Shown here: in pieces, positions 1-8,913 of the stretch
How positions within the stretch are numbered: position 1 is the stretch's first letter
How the letters are laid out: every line of letters begins with the position of its first letter
Assembly: GCA_045639255.1 (NCBI GenBank)
Contig: JAZUCT010000007.1
Coordinates: forward strand, 1-60,440
DNA: 60,440 nt
Source of the DNA: Clostridia bacterium
GTDB taxonomy: Bacteria; Bacillota; Clostridia; Christensenellales; UBA1242
Reading direction: 5' to 3'
Notes under the pieces: model-generated
Seen by the model: the letters and a program-made list of their open reading frames with translations, nothing else
What the model was told of the DNA's origin: nothing
The model's database searches: none
Translations under genes and position numbers: made by a program

Positions 1-118
1 GAATCTGTATAAATGAAACATTAATATGCGATGCGAGAATTAAAAAATTTATAAAAAGTTTGCCAAGATATTTAAAATATTATAAAATATATTAACAAGA
101 AAGGGGGGTTTATAGGTT

Positions 119-694
119 TTGAGTGATTTAGATAATGTTGAAATTCAAATTGAAAATGCTGAAAACGAAAGTTTCGAAAATAACAAAAATGAAGAAATTG
201 TTATTGAAAACAACAAAACAAAAACTGATTTAAAACAAAATTCTGAAAAAGTCATAACACCTGCAAAAAATGCTGTGTTAATGAACTGCACAAGATTGGG
301 TGTGATTTTAAATAACTTTACAATTGCTGCCGGTGTTTTATTGTTGCTTTGCTTTATTGGAATGATTTTTTATCCAGTTGCAATAATTGTTAATTTCTTT
401 GTTGCAATTATGATGATTATTTTCACTTTGGGGTTAATTTTTTTAGAGTTTACTTTTGACGATTTAATTATTATTGATGGCGAAACGGTTAACAAAGTTG
501 TTGGTTTTATAACTTCTGCCCTTCCATATATCTTTGGCGCACTTTTAATAACTGCTGCTGCATCGCTTGTTTTGTTGCTTATTGATAAGCGCAACAGGTC
601 TGTGCCAAGAATTGCGTTAAGCATAACAATTTTAGGCACTGTTGTTATTGGATTTATTTTAATGTTGCTGGGCATTATAGGGGGTGCAAAATAA
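119..694 (+). CDS. hypothetical multi-pass membrane protein (191 aa, TTG start)
   Basis: Long ORF with a G-run RBS at 103-108. Acidic/Asn-rich N-terminus followed by about four hydrophobic helices. Stop overlaps the next ATG (TAATG, 692-696). No family recognised. Confidence 0.55.
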   Translation: MSDLDNVEIQIENAENESFENNKNEEIVIENNKTKTDLKQNSEKVITPAKNAVLMNCTRLGVILNNFTIAAGVLLLLCFIGMIFYPVAIIVNFFVAIMMIIFTLGLIFLEFTFDDLIIIDGETVNKVVGFITSALPYIFGALLITAAASLVLLLIDKRNRSVPRIALSITILGTVVIGFILMLLGIIGGAK

Positions 695-1188
695 TGAATA
701 AATTGTTTTTATCGGTAAGTAACTTGCCAGCACACACAGATATTTTTTTAGATGGAAAATATTTTAAACCTAAAAAAGTTAAAAGTCAAAATCCAGTTAT
801 TGAATATGAAACCTTAAACAGCACTGTTGAACTTACAATAAAAAGATATTCACACCTTAACACAAGGCTTTGGGTGTTGCAGGAAATAATTTTCTTTTTA
901 ATAAGCATTTTTGGAATATTTGATATGCGTTATGGAAAGTTCTTTTATAAAGCAAATCTTAAAGTTGTGTTTGATGTTTCTGCTGAAACAACAGCAAAAA
1001 TTAAATTTAACGCACCACTTTCAAATAGGCCAGTTATTAACTGCACAAGTGAAAATAAAGTATCTCAACTTGAAAATGTGTTTGAAATTGATAACAACTT
1101 AAAGAAAAAACATAAAATTTTAAAAATTATTAAATGGTTAATTGTTGTTGTGGCAATTGTTGTTGCAACATTGATAATTGTTTTATAA
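694..1188 (+). CDS. hypothetical membrane protein (164 aa)
   Basis: ATG overlaps the upstream stop by 1 nt (translational coupling). One central and one C-terminal hydrophobic helix. No family recognised. Confidence 0.5.
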   Translation: MNKLFLSVSNLPAHTDIFLDGKYFKPKKVKSQNPVIEYETLNSTVELTIKRYSHLNTRLWVLQEIIFFLISIFGIFDMRYGKFFYKANLKVVFDVSAETTAKIKFNAPLSNRPVINCTSENKVSQLENVFEIDNNLKKKHKILKIIKWLIVVVAIVVATLIIVL

Positions 1189-1200
1189 GGGGGAATAAGC

Positions 1201-1692
1201 ATGAAGTTATATGTAAGAAATAAAATTTTTTCACTAGGTGGCGGTTCAACTGTTAAAGATGAACAAAAAAACGATGTGTATAAGGTTAAAGGTAAGGTTT
1301 TCAGCCCAACACACAAGAAAAAAATTTATAACTTAAAAAACGAACACCTTTTCACTGTTAGAAATAAGTTTTGGCATTGGCTTACAAGACGAGCATTTAT
1401 TTTTAATGCACAAGGCGAAAAAATTGCAACACTAAGCAACAACACTTATTCAAGAAAATTTATTGTGGAAGATTATGTTGATGAAATTGAAATTATAGGC
1501 CATGCTTTTCAGTTTGGTTTAAGTGTTAAAAAAGGCGAACAAGAAATTGGAACAATAACAAGGCAACTAACCTTTATTGGCGATGCTTTTGTTTGTGAAA
1601 CTGATGATGAACAACTTATGCCTTTCCTTGTTGCATTAACCATTGCACTGGATAACATTGTTGATGATAAAGTTAAAGATTTAGATAAATAA
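1201..1692 (+). CDS. LURP-one-related / YxjI-family protein (tubby C-terminal-like fold)
   Basis: GGGGGA RBS at 1189-1194. 163 aa with N-terminal MKLYVRNKIFSLGG and C-terminal LVALTIALDNIV, resembling Bacillus YxjI/LOR-family proteins as I remember them. Confidence 0.6.
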   Translation: MKLYVRNKIFSLGGGSTVKDEQKNDVYKVKGKVFSPTHKKKIYNLKNEHLFTVRNKFWHWLTRRAFIFNAQGEKIATLSNNTYSRKFIVEDYVDEIEIIGHAFQFGLSVKKGEQEIGTITRQLTFIGDAFVCETDDEQLMPFLVALTIALDNIVDDKVKDLDK

Positions 1693-1717
1693 AAAAAGTG
1701 CTTAATGCACTTTTTTT
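1691..1717. terminator. bidirectional rho-independent terminator
   Basis: AAAAAAAGTGC-TTAAT-GCACTTTTTTT hairpin between the convergent genes ending at 1692 (+) and 1716 (-). Confidence 0.6.
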
Positions 1718-2144
1718 ATTTATCAAGTTGTTTAATTCTTGCTTCGTGCCTGCCACCTTCAAAATCGGTGGTTAAAAATGCTTCAATAAGTTTTTTTGCT
1801 TTTTCAATTGGAACATTTTTTGCACCTAAACACAAACAGTTAACATTGTTATGTTTTCTTGCAAGTTCCACTTCTGCAATGCTTGAAGAATTAACCGCCC
1901 TAACACCTTTTTCACGGTTAGCAGATATGCAAACACCCACACCACTTCCGCACACAAAAATTGCCCTTTCAGCCTTGCCTTTTGCAAGCAGTTTGCGTGG
2001 TTTTTTTGTGTTTTCGGCATAACTATCCAGCCCATCAAAACATTCTGGCATGCCGTTTATAACTTGGTGTTCTTTTTCCAAATATTCTTTAATTTGATTT
2101 GCAAGTTCCCACCCTGCGTGGTCGCATGAAATTATTATTTTCAT
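1716..2144 (-). CDS. rpiB: ribose-5-phosphate isomerase B (RpiB/LacAB family)
   Basis: MKIIISCDHAG...FVCGSGVGVCISANR...GGRHEARI motifs. ATG at 2144 has an AGGTG RBS, so the GTG at 2153 in the ORF track is probably not the start. Confidence 0.85.
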   Translation of the reverse strand: MKIIISCDHAGWELANQIKEYLEKEHQVINGMPECFDGLDSYAENTKKPRKLLAKGKAERAIFVCGSGVGVCISANREKGVRAVNSSSIAEVELARKHNNVNCLCLGAKNVPIEKAKKLIEAFLTTDFEGGRHEARIKQLDK

Positions 2145-2145
2145 T

Positions 2146-2577
2146 TTATTCACCTATAACTTTTATAAATTCTTCAACATATTCTTTAATTTGTTTTGCT
2201 GTTAAAACATATTCATCTTCACTTTTCATATATGGGTCGGCAACATCAACTGCACCCAAAATAAAATCTTGAAAACAAAACACATTTTCAAATTTGCCAA
2301 TATAGTTTTTTATATCTTTTGTTAAGGCAATGCAATAATCGTAACTAAACAAATTATCAAGGCAAAACTGTGTTGACTTATGTTTTATGTTGCGTATGCC
2401 AATTTTTTTAAGTGCTTTAATTGTGTTTTCGGTTGCACCGCTTCCAACATTTGCATATATGCCTGCACTTTCGGCTTTAAATTTAAGTTTTTTCTTTTTT
2501 GCAACATTATTAAATATTTTTTCTGCCATAACACTTCGGCAAGTGTTGCCAGTGCAAACAAATAATATTTTTTTCAT
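2146..2577 (-). CDS. low-molecular-weight protein arginine/tyrosine phosphatase (YwlE-like)
   Basis: N-terminal CX5R(S) P-loop (VCTGNTCRS). Sits immediately upstream of rpiB, as ywlE-ywlF does in Bacillus. Confidence 0.8.
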   Translation of the reverse strand: MKKILFVCTGNTCRSVMAEKIFNNVAKKKKLKFKAESAGIYANVGSGATENTIKALKKIGIRNIKHKSTQFCLDNLFSYDYCIALTKDIKNYIGKFENVFCFQDFILGAVDVADPYMKSEDEYVLTAKQIKEYVEEFIKVIGE

Positions 2578-3239
2578 TATTCTTCACCATTATTTATTGA
2601 ATTTGTTGTTTCTTCGGTTAAAGCATTTGTGTTAAGTTTTTTTATAACAATTTCTGCATTCCAAATTCGTGCATCAGTTATTAAACTTTGTTTAAGTTTT
2701 AAACTATTATAAAAAACATTATCAATGGCTTCCCATAAAAAGAACCAACCACCTATTGCAAAAATTTCGTAAATAAGGTCAATTTTGCCAATGAATCTGT
2801 TAAACACATATGCAAGCGCAAAAATTAACAATCCAAAAATTGAAAATGCAAGTGTTTGATGATGGCTTTCTTGCAAATCTTCTTTTGTGGTGGCAATGCG
2901 TTCTGCAAAGTGCCTTTTAAGTGTTTTTTTAACAATGGTTTGTTGTTTTTCGTTAAGTTCATCGTTAAAAAACATTTCAATAACCAAATCGTGCTTAATA
3001 TCAACATATTCAACATTATCAATAATAAATTCTGCAAAGGCTTGATCAAAAATTTCATAGTTAGGCATGCAATAATCTGAAACCACATTGTTATATTTTT
3101 CAACATTAAGTTGCAAAACTGCTTGACCTTTTTCGTTTAAAAAAACATTATCTTCTTGAAAATATTTATCTGAATTAATTATTTTTTTAAGTTGTTTATA
3201 TTTTTTTGTTATTTTTTTTCTGTTTTCAAATAATCCCAT
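2577..3239 (-). CDS. hypothetical membrane protein (220 aa)
   Basis: Long ORF whose stop overlaps the downstream ATG by 1 nt. Soluble N-terminal half followed by two hydrophobic helices. No family recognised. Confidence 0.5.
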   Translation of the reverse strand: MGLFENRKKITKKYKQLKKIINSDKYFQEDNVFLNEKGQAVLQLNVEKYNNVVSDYCMPNYEIFDQAFAEFIIDNVEYVDIKHDLVIEMFFNDELNEKQQTIVKKTLKRHFAERIATTKEDLQESHHQTLAFSIFGLLIFALAYVFNRFIGKIDLIYEIFAIGGWFFLWEAIDNVFYNSLKLKQSLITDARIWNAEIVIKKLNTNALTEETTNSINNGEE

Positions 3240-3276
3240 AAACTTATTTTATCAAATTTTTTTGCTTGAAACAAAT

Positions 3277-3301
3277 AAAACGAAGCATTAAACTTCGTTT
3301 T
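3277..3301 (-). terminator. rho-independent terminator-like hairpin
   Basis: AAAACGAAG-CATTAAA-CTTCGTTTT, followed on the minus strand by a T-rich run. Overlaps the stop of the small ORF at 3300-3467. Confidence 0.45.
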
Positions 3302-3467
3302 ATTTTTCATTTTCCGACTCTTTTTTTATTCTTGTTTCAATTTCGGCCTGCAACCTTTCAATTTGTTGTTCAAGGTCGAATTGCTTATCTTCATCTTTTT
3401 CGTTTTCAAGCAAGCACTGCAAAAAAAGCACTTCTTGTTGCATATCTTTAAGTGAATAATTTTTCAT
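3300..3467 (-). CDS. small acidic coiled-coil protein (55 aa), hypothetical
   Basis: Not in the ORF track (under 60 aa). ATG at 3467 is preceded by a GTGGGGGA RBS. Translation: MKNYSLKDMQQEVLFLQCLLENEKDEDKQFDLEQQIERLQAEIETRIKKESENEK. Followed by a hairpin. Confidence 0.4.
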   Translation of the reverse strand: MKNYSLKDMQQEVLFLQCLLENEKDEDKQFDLEQQIERLQAEIETRIKKESENEK

Positions 3468-3518
3468 AAGTTCCCCCACTTACAATAAGTTTAACATTTA
3501 TTTTTGTTTTATTCAACT

Positions 3519-4643
3519 TTATTTTGTTAAAAATTGTTTTTTTAACAGTTCGCTTATATAATTAAAACCTTTAACTGTGCCTAAATTTTTTCCGCCAGTT
3601 TGATTTTTTGAATATATTAAAATAGGTGTATATTCACGCGAGTGATCGGTGGACAGTGTTGTTGGATCGCAACCATGATCGCCGGTGATAATAAGTGTAT
3701 CTTCTGCGTTAAGCATTGAAATTATTTCTGGCAAAGTTTGGTCAATTTCTTTAAGTGCGTTTGCATAACCAACTGCATCGTTGCGATGGCCATATAACAT
3801 ATCGGTATCAACAAGATTTGCAAAAATAACACCATTATAGTTTTGTTTAAGCGCAAACTTTATTTGATTTAAACTTTGTGTGTTGTTTTTTGCAGTTAAA
3901 TTTTCTTTTAAGCCAACCATTGAAAAAATATCGCCAATTTTTCCAATTCCAATGGTGTCGAACCCTGCATCTTTTAAATCTTCAAACACAATTCTTGAAG
4001 GTGGTTCAAGTGCAAAATCGTGCCTGTTTTGTGTTCGTTTAAATTCGCCATTTTCTGTTGTGAATGGCCTTGCAATAACTCTTGAAACACCCCATTCGCC
4101 TTGCATAATTTGGCGGGCTTGTTCACACATTTTATATAACTCTTTAACAGAATAAACATCTTCGTGGCAAGCAATTTGCAAAACTGAATCGGCAGAAGTA
4201 TATACAATAGGTTTTTTTGTTTCAAGGTGAAGTTTGCCAAGGCGTTCAATAATTTCTGTTCCGCTGGCAACACAATTTCCTAAAATACCAACTCCCCACT
4301 CTTTTTCAAGTTTTTCAACAATTTCCTTTGGAAAACCATTTGGAAATGTTGGAAAAGGTTGCTTTAACACACAGCCCATCATTTCAAAATGCCCTGTTGT
4401 TGTATCTTTTCCCATGCTTAGTTCTTGCATTCTGCCATAGTTTGCTGTTGGAGTTTTAACTTGCAGGTTTAAATGTTCTAAGCCATCGATGTTAAACATT
4501 CCCAACTTTTGCAAATTTTCAAGTTCAACATTTGTGTTTTCAACAATATGCCCCAAAGTGTTGCTGCCTTCATCACCAAACAAGTGAGCATCTGGTGCTT
4601 CACCTACACCCAATGAATCGATAACCATAATTAAAGTTTTCAT
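3519..4643 (-). CDS. deoB: phosphopentomutase
   Basis: 374 aa with VIDSLGVGEAPDA near the N-terminus and ITGDHGCDPT near the C-terminus (alkaline-phosphatase-superfamily DeoB signatures). Confidence 0.9.
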   Translation of the reverse strand: MKTLIMVIDSLGVGEAPDAHLFGDEGSNTLGHIVENTNVELENLQKLGMFNIDGLEHLNLQVKTPTANYGRMQELSMGKDTTTGHFEMMGCVLKQPFPTFPNGFPKEIVEKLEKEWGVGILGNCVASGTEIIERLGKLHLETKKPIVYTSADSVLQIACHEDVYSVKELYKMCEQARQIMQGEWGVSRVIARPFTTENGEFKRTQNRHDFALEPPSRIVFEDLKDAGFDTIGIGKIGDIFSMVGLKENLTAKNNTQSLNQIKFALKQNYNGVIFANLVDTDMLYGHRNDAVGYANALKEIDQTLPEIISMLNAEDTLIITGDHGCDPTTLSTDHSREYTPILIYSKNQTGGKNLGTVKGFNYISELLKKQFLTK

Positions 4644-4748
4644 GCATTTATTCCTTTTATATTAATATATTAAACCAATAAAAACTTTTTTCAAAACAAT
4701 TTTTAATAAATATGCCAAAACTTTCCAATAAAACTTTTTAGTTTTAAC

Positions 4749-4777
4749 TTGCAAATTTGTTTTTTTAGTTATATAAT
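4749..4777 (+). promoter_or_regulatory. sigma-A-type promoter candidate for dinB (TTGCAA-17-TATAAT)
   Basis: TTGCAA at 4749-4754, a 17-nt spacer, then TATAAT at 4772-4777, about 40 nt upstream of the dinB ATG. Confidence 0.55.
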
Positions 4778-4782
4778 TTCAT

Positions 4783-4796
4783 AGAACATATGTTTT
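4783..4796 (+). promoter_or_regulatory. LexA (SOS/Cheo) box
   Basis: AGAACATATGTTTT matches the Firmicute consensus GAAC-N4-GTTC at 11/12 positions. Lies just downstream of the -10 element of a Y-family polymerase gene. Confidence 0.6.
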
Positions 4797-4814
4797 ATAA
4801 GTGGGGGTGAGTGA

Positions 4815-6041
4815 ATGGATATTTTGCATAGCGATTGCAACAATTTTTATGCCAGTGTTGAAATGCTTTCGCACCCCGAACTTAAAGATAAACCTATGGT
4901 TGTTTGTGGAAGCATTAAGGATAGGCATGGAATAATATTATCCAAAAACTATCCTGCAAAGGCACTTGGAATGTTTACGGGGCAAACTTTAATGGAAGCA
5001 TTTCAGATTTGCCCCACCCTTGTTGCCATTGAAGCAGATTTTGAAAAATATCTTAAAGTTTCAAAAAAAGTTAAGGATATATACAGGGAATATTCAGACC
5101 AAGTTGAAAGTTTTGGCATTGATGAAGCGTGGATTGATGTAACACATTCCAAAATTTTTGGTTCGCCCATTGAAATTGCCGAAAAAATCAGAACAAGAAT
5201 AAAAAAAGAAATTGGCATAACTGTTTCAATTGGTGTAAGTTTTAACAAGGTTTTTGCTAAGTTGGCTTCTGACCTTAAAAAACCAGATGCTGTTAGTGAA
5301 ATTTCACAACAGAATTTTAAAAATGTTGCTTGGAGTTTGCCTGTTAAAGACCTTTTGTTTGTTGGCAGGGCAACCACAAAAAAATTTTCAAAACTTAACA
5401 TTGAAACCATTGGCGACCTTGCAAACTATAACCTTTCAATTTTGGAAAAAAAGTTTGGCAAATGGGGCAATACTTTATGGAAATATGCCAACGGCTTGGA
5501 TAACTCTGTTGTTAGAAAAGTTGGCTGTTATGCAGAAATAAAATCGGTGGGAAACAGCCTTACTTGTTACCGCGACCTTGAAAATATGGAAGATGTTAAA
5601 GCGCTTTTAACTGTTCTTAGCGAAAGTGTTGCAAACAGAATGTTCGATTATGGAATATATAAGGCAAGAACACTTTCTTTAACTGCACGAAACACCGACC
5701 TTGTTTCAGTTACAAGGCAAATTAAGTTTATTGCACCAACTGCACTTTCGGGCGATATTCTTTCAACAGCAATTGAATTGTTTGAAAAAAGCAACATTCA
5801 ATTGCCACTTAGAAGCATGGGCATAAGTGTTTGTGATTTTGTGTTTGAAAGCGAACAACTTTCACTTTTCCAAAACACTGAAAAATATAATAAACTTTAT
5901 GCACTTGATCGCACCATTAAAAAAATAAGAGATAAAAACAACTTTTCAATGCTTACCCGTGGAAGTGTGGCAATAGATAGCCGACTTTCGCTTGTTAACC
6001 CACAAGCCGACCACACCATTCACCCTGTTGGTGTGATTTAG
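4815..6041 (+). CDS. dinB: DNA polymerase IV (Y-family translesion polymerase)
   Basis: ILHSDCNNFYASVEM start, SIDEAWIDVT-type catalytic motif, 408 aa, GGGGGTGAG RBS. Confidence 0.9.
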   Translation: MDILHSDCNNFYASVEMLSHPELKDKPMVVCGSIKDRHGIILSKNYPAKALGMFTGQTLMEAFQICPTLVAIEADFEKYLKVSKKVKDIYREYSDQVESFGIDEAWIDVTHSKIFGSPIEIAEKIRTRIKKEIGITVSIGVSFNKVFAKLASDLKKPDAVSEISQQNFKNVAWSLPVKDLLFVGRATTKKFSKLNIETIGDLANYNLSILEKKFGKWGNTLWKYANGLDNSVVRKVGCYAEIKSVGNSLTCYRDLENMEDVKALLTVLSESVANRMFDYGIYKARTLSLTARNTDLVSVTRQIKFIAPTALSGDILSTAIELFEKSNIQLPLRSMGISVCDFVFESEQLSLFQNTEKYNKLYALDRTIKKIRDKNNFSMLTRGSVAIDSRLSLVNPQADHTIHPVGVI

Positions 6042-6046
6042 ATAAC

Positions 6047-6091
6047 AAAAAAATGGAACGAATGTTCCATTTCTTTTGGCGCCTCAGGTAG
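6047..6091 (-). pseudogene. duplicated tRNA-Asn 3' end (15 nt) plus terminator hairpin
   Basis: 45-nt direct repeat of 6134-6178 with one mismatch. The following 42 nt (6092-6133) retain faint tRNA-Asn similarity (GACCTAT..CGG). Confidence 0.6.
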
Positions 6092-6163
6092 CGATTACTC
6101 ACACAATGGGGACCTATACCTTCGGCTTTTAATAAAAAAATGGAACGAATGTTCCTTTTCTTT

Positions 6164-6238
6164 TGGCGCCTCAGGTAGGATTCGAACCTACGACCTATCG
6201 GTTAACAGCCGAGTGCTCCACCACTGAGCTACTAAGGC
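6164..6238 (-). tRNA. tRNA-Asn (anticodon GTT), CCA encoded
   Basis: Reverse complement reads GCCTTAGTAGCTCAGTGGTGGAGCACTCGGCTGTTAACCGATAGGTCGTAGGTTCGAATCCTACCTGAGGCGCCA. It folds as a cloverleaf with anticodon loop CTGTTAA. Confidence 0.9.
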
Positions 6239-6260
6239 ATAACTCTATTAAGCAAGAGTT

Positions 6261-6289
6261 ATTATATCAAACAAACATCTGAATGTCAA
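6261..6289 (-). promoter_or_regulatory. consensus sigma-A promoter for tRNA-Asn (TTGACA-17-TATAAT with TG extension)
   Basis: Minus strand reads TTGACATTCAGATGTTTGTTTGATATAAT, ending about 20 nt upstream of the tRNA 5' end. Confidence 0.6.
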
Positions 6290-6316
6290 CAAATTTTTTT
6301 AAAATTATTAATAATT

Positions 6317-7012
6317 TTATTTTTTTAGTTGTTCAAGTTCCTCGGAAGTTAAAAATCGGCATTCGCCAAGTTTTAAGGTTTTATCCAATTTAACACCATT
6401 TTCCATTGTTCGTTTTAAAAATGTAACCTTGTTTCCCACCGCACCAAACATTCGGCGCACTTGATGATATTTTCCTTCTGTTATGGTTATTTCGCCACTG
6501 GTGTTGGTTTGCATTTCTATTTTGCAAGGTTTTGTGGTGAAACCATCTTTAAGTGTTATTCCTTGTTGAATTTTGTTGATTTCTGTTTGACCAATTTGGT
6601 CAGCAAGTTCAAAATAATATAACTTTTCCTTTTCGTGTTTTGGGTTTGTAAGTTTATGGCACAAATCTCCGTCGGTGGTTAAAAACAATAATCCTTCTGT
6701 TTCCTTATCCAGCCTGCCCACCAAAAACAAGCCAACATTTTTTAAGTTATCTGGCAAGATATCAATAACTGTTGTTTCAGTGCTATCTTGTGTGGCAGAA
6801 ACAACACCTTGCGGTTTGTTAAGCATTAAATAATAGTTTTCAATAAATTTAATTTCGTTGTTATTTACGCAAATTTTATCGGTTTTTTCACAAATATTAT
6901 GGTCTTTTTGTTTAATTATTATGTTATTTACCGAAACATTGCCTTTTTTTATTAATTCCACCGCATCTTTTCGTGAATAACCGGCGGTGGATAAAAATTT
7001 ATCAAGTCTCAT
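6317..7012 (-). CDS. rsuA: RsuA-family rRNA pseudouridine synthase (S4 domain plus catalytic domain)
   Basis: MRLDKFLS S4-like N-terminus, GRLDKETEGLL catalytic-Asp motif, KYHQVRRMF motif, 231 aa. The exact rRNA target cannot be assigned. Confidence 0.8.
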   Translation of the reverse strand: MRLDKFLSTAGYSRKDAVELIKKGNVSVNNIIIKQKDHNICEKTDKICVNNNEIKFIENYYLMLNKPQGVVSATQDSTETTVIDILPDNLKNVGLFLVGRLDKETEGLLFLTTDGDLCHKLTNPKHEKEKLYYFELADQIGQTEINKIQQGITLKDGFTTKPCKIEMQTNTSGEITITEGKYHQVRRMFGAVGNKVTFLKRTMENGVKLDKTLKLGECRFLTSEELEQLKK

Positions 7013-7056
7013 AGTTAAATTATAACATAACTATATTATTTTTCAAAATGTTGAAC

Positions 7057-7083
7057 AAAAAACTCGCAGTTTGCGAGTTTTAT
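7057..7083 (-). terminator. rho-independent terminator after proS
   Basis: CTCGC-AGTTT-GCGAG stem extended by A/T runs. A T-run follows on the minus strand. Confidence 0.55.
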
Positions 7084-8784
7084 TTATTTTTTTAATAAGT
7101 TTTGAATATAACTGTTTAAATCTGCAAGTTTAATTTCTTGTTTTTCGCCAGTTGCACGGCATACAAATTCCACCGAATTGTTTTCAAGTGTTCTTGCACT
7201 AACAACAACACGGAATGGAACACCAATAAGTTCACTATCGGCAAATTTATAGCCTGCACTAACATTTCTATCGTCAAGAATAACTTCAACGCCTAGGTTT
7301 GTAAGTTCTTCATAAATCTTATCGGTTTTAGTTTTAACAAGTTCATCTTGCGCATATTTAAGTGGGCAAAGATAAACATGCCAAGGTGCAATGCTTACTG
7401 GCCATACAAGACCTTTTTCGTCACTGCATTCTTCGGCAACGCAAGCAAGCGCCCTGCCAACGCCAATGCCATAGCAACCCATTATTGGATTAAAAGTTTT
7501 TCCATTATTATCGTGCACAAGCATGTTCATGCTTTTTGTGTATTTTGTGCCAAGTTTGAAAATGTTGCCAATTTCAACACCTTTTGAAATTGTTAATGGC
7601 TTGCCACAAACACTGCATAAACTGTTTTCTTTAACTTTGCTAACATCAACAAAAGTTGCGTTTGCAATATCGCGTTTGCAATTTAAGCCTTTGATGTGAT
7701 ATTGTTCTTTATTTGCGCCACAAACAAGGCTTTGTTCGTTTTCCAAACTGCTGTCAAGAATTAATGTAACATTTTCTAAGCCAATTGGGCCAATATTACC
7801 CGCTTTCATAAAAGAAAACTCTTCAAGGTTTGCAGGGTAAAGTTCGCATTTAACAACTTTTTTAAGTTTTGCTTCGTTCACTTCCAAATCGCCACGCAAG
7901 AACACAACAATAAGTTGTTTTTCATCGGCTTTGTTGCCATAGCAAACTGCTTTGCAAGTGTTTTCTGGCTTAATGTTTAAGAAACTGCAAACTTCTTCAA
8001 TAGATTTTGCTTCGCCTGTGAAAACTTCTTCAAGCGGTTGGCTTTTTGTGTTTATTATTTCTGGTTTGCAAGTTGCAACTTCCATGTTTGCTTTATATCC
8101 ACAATGTTTGCAAAGAACAAGTGTATCTTCGCCAATTTCGTTAAGGAACATAAATTCATGTGCGCCACTTCCACCCATCATGCCGGTGTCGGAAGCAACC
8201 GAGATGAAATTTTTTAATCCAATTTTTTCATAAATGTTCATATATGCTTGATGAACCCTATCATAATAACAATCCAAATCTTCTTGTGAAGAATGGAATG
8301 AATATGCATCTTTCATTGTGAATTCACGCACTCTTATTAACCCACCACGGCTTCGTGGTTCATCACGGAACTTGGTTTGAATTTGATAAATCATAAAAGG
8401 CATTTGGTTATAACTTGTTACAATATTTCGCGCCAAGTGAACGGCGGCTTCTTCATGCGTCATGCCCAGCAACATATCACGGCCAGTGCGATCTTTAAAC
8501 CTTGCCATTTCTTCGCCAATTGAATAATATCTGCCACTTTCTTCCCACATTTCTTTTGGCATAACAACAGGCAACAACACTTCTTGCCCATCAACCTTGT
8601 TCATTTCAGTGCGAATTATGTTTTCAATTTTATTTGTTACAAGTTTTGCGGGTGGCAATAACGAAAAAATTCCATTTGCAACTTGTTTGATAAAACCAGC
8701 CCTTAATAAGTTTGCATAACCTTTTGCATTTGCTTCGCTTGGCACAGTTTTTGTGCGTTCGCCCAGCATTTTTGACATTTTCAT
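7084..8784 (-). CDS. proS: prolyl-tRNA synthetase (bacterial type with editing insertion)
   Basis: 566 aa with class II aaRS motifs (FRDEPRSRGGLIRVREFTMKDAYSF, GCYGIGVGR) and a C-terminal anticodon-binding domain. Confidence 0.95.
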   Translation of the reverse strand: MKMSKMLGERTKTVPSEANAKGYANLLRAGFIKQVANGIFSLLPPAKLVTNKIENIIRTEMNKVDGQEVLLPVVMPKEMWEESGRYYSIGEEMARFKDRTGRDMLLGMTHEEAAVHLARNIVTSYNQMPFMIYQIQTKFRDEPRSRGGLIRVREFTMKDAYSFHSSQEDLDCYYDRVHQAYMNIYEKIGLKNFISVASDTGMMGGSGAHEFMFLNEIGEDTLVLCKHCGYKANMEVATCKPEIINTKSQPLEEVFTGEAKSIEEVCSFLNIKPENTCKAVCYGNKADEKQLIVVFLRGDLEVNEAKLKKVVKCELYPANLEEFSFMKAGNIGPIGLENVTLILDSSLENEQSLVCGANKEQYHIKGLNCKRDIANATFVDVSKVKENSLCSVCGKPLTISKGVEIGNIFKLGTKYTKSMNMLVHDNNGKTFNPIMGCYGIGVGRALACVAEECSDEKGLVWPVSIAPWHVYLCPLKYAQDELVKTKTDKIYEELTNLGVEVILDDRNVSAGYKFADSELIGVPFRVVVSARTLENNSVEFVCRATGEKQEIKLADLNSYIQNLLKK

Positions 8785-8885
8785 TTTAATTATTACTCTC
8801 CCCTTTCAATTTGAATATAAGTATAACACTTTGCTTTAAAACTTGCAAGTTGTTTATAAACCAAAACATTCAAATTTGTTAACAA

Positions 8886-8912
8886 AAAAAGTTACCGTTA
8901 AGATAACTTTTT
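8886..8912 (-). terminator. rho-independent terminator after the J-domain gene
   Basis: AAAGTTA-9 nt loop-TAACTTT stem flanked by A/T runs, immediately downstream (minus strand) of the stop at 8914. Confidence 0.5.
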
Positions 8913-8913
8913 G

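Noticed and set aside
1705-2038. Plus-strand 105-aa ORF and alternative-frame minus-strand 70-aa ORF overlapping rpiB.
   Set aside because: The rpiB frame has unmistakable family motifs. These are shadow ORFs.
3266-3451. 61-aa plus-strand ORF from the ORF track.
   Set aside because: Phe/Leu-rich low-complexity translation with no RBS. The opposite strand has a 55-aa ORF with a GGGGGA RBS and a downstream hairpin, which I prefer, though it is also unproven.
8785-8913. Looked for a T-box leader upstream of proS.
   Set aside because: The region is only about 130 nt, and part of it is the terminator of the upstream J-domain gene. I saw no T-box motif or specifier-loop architecture.
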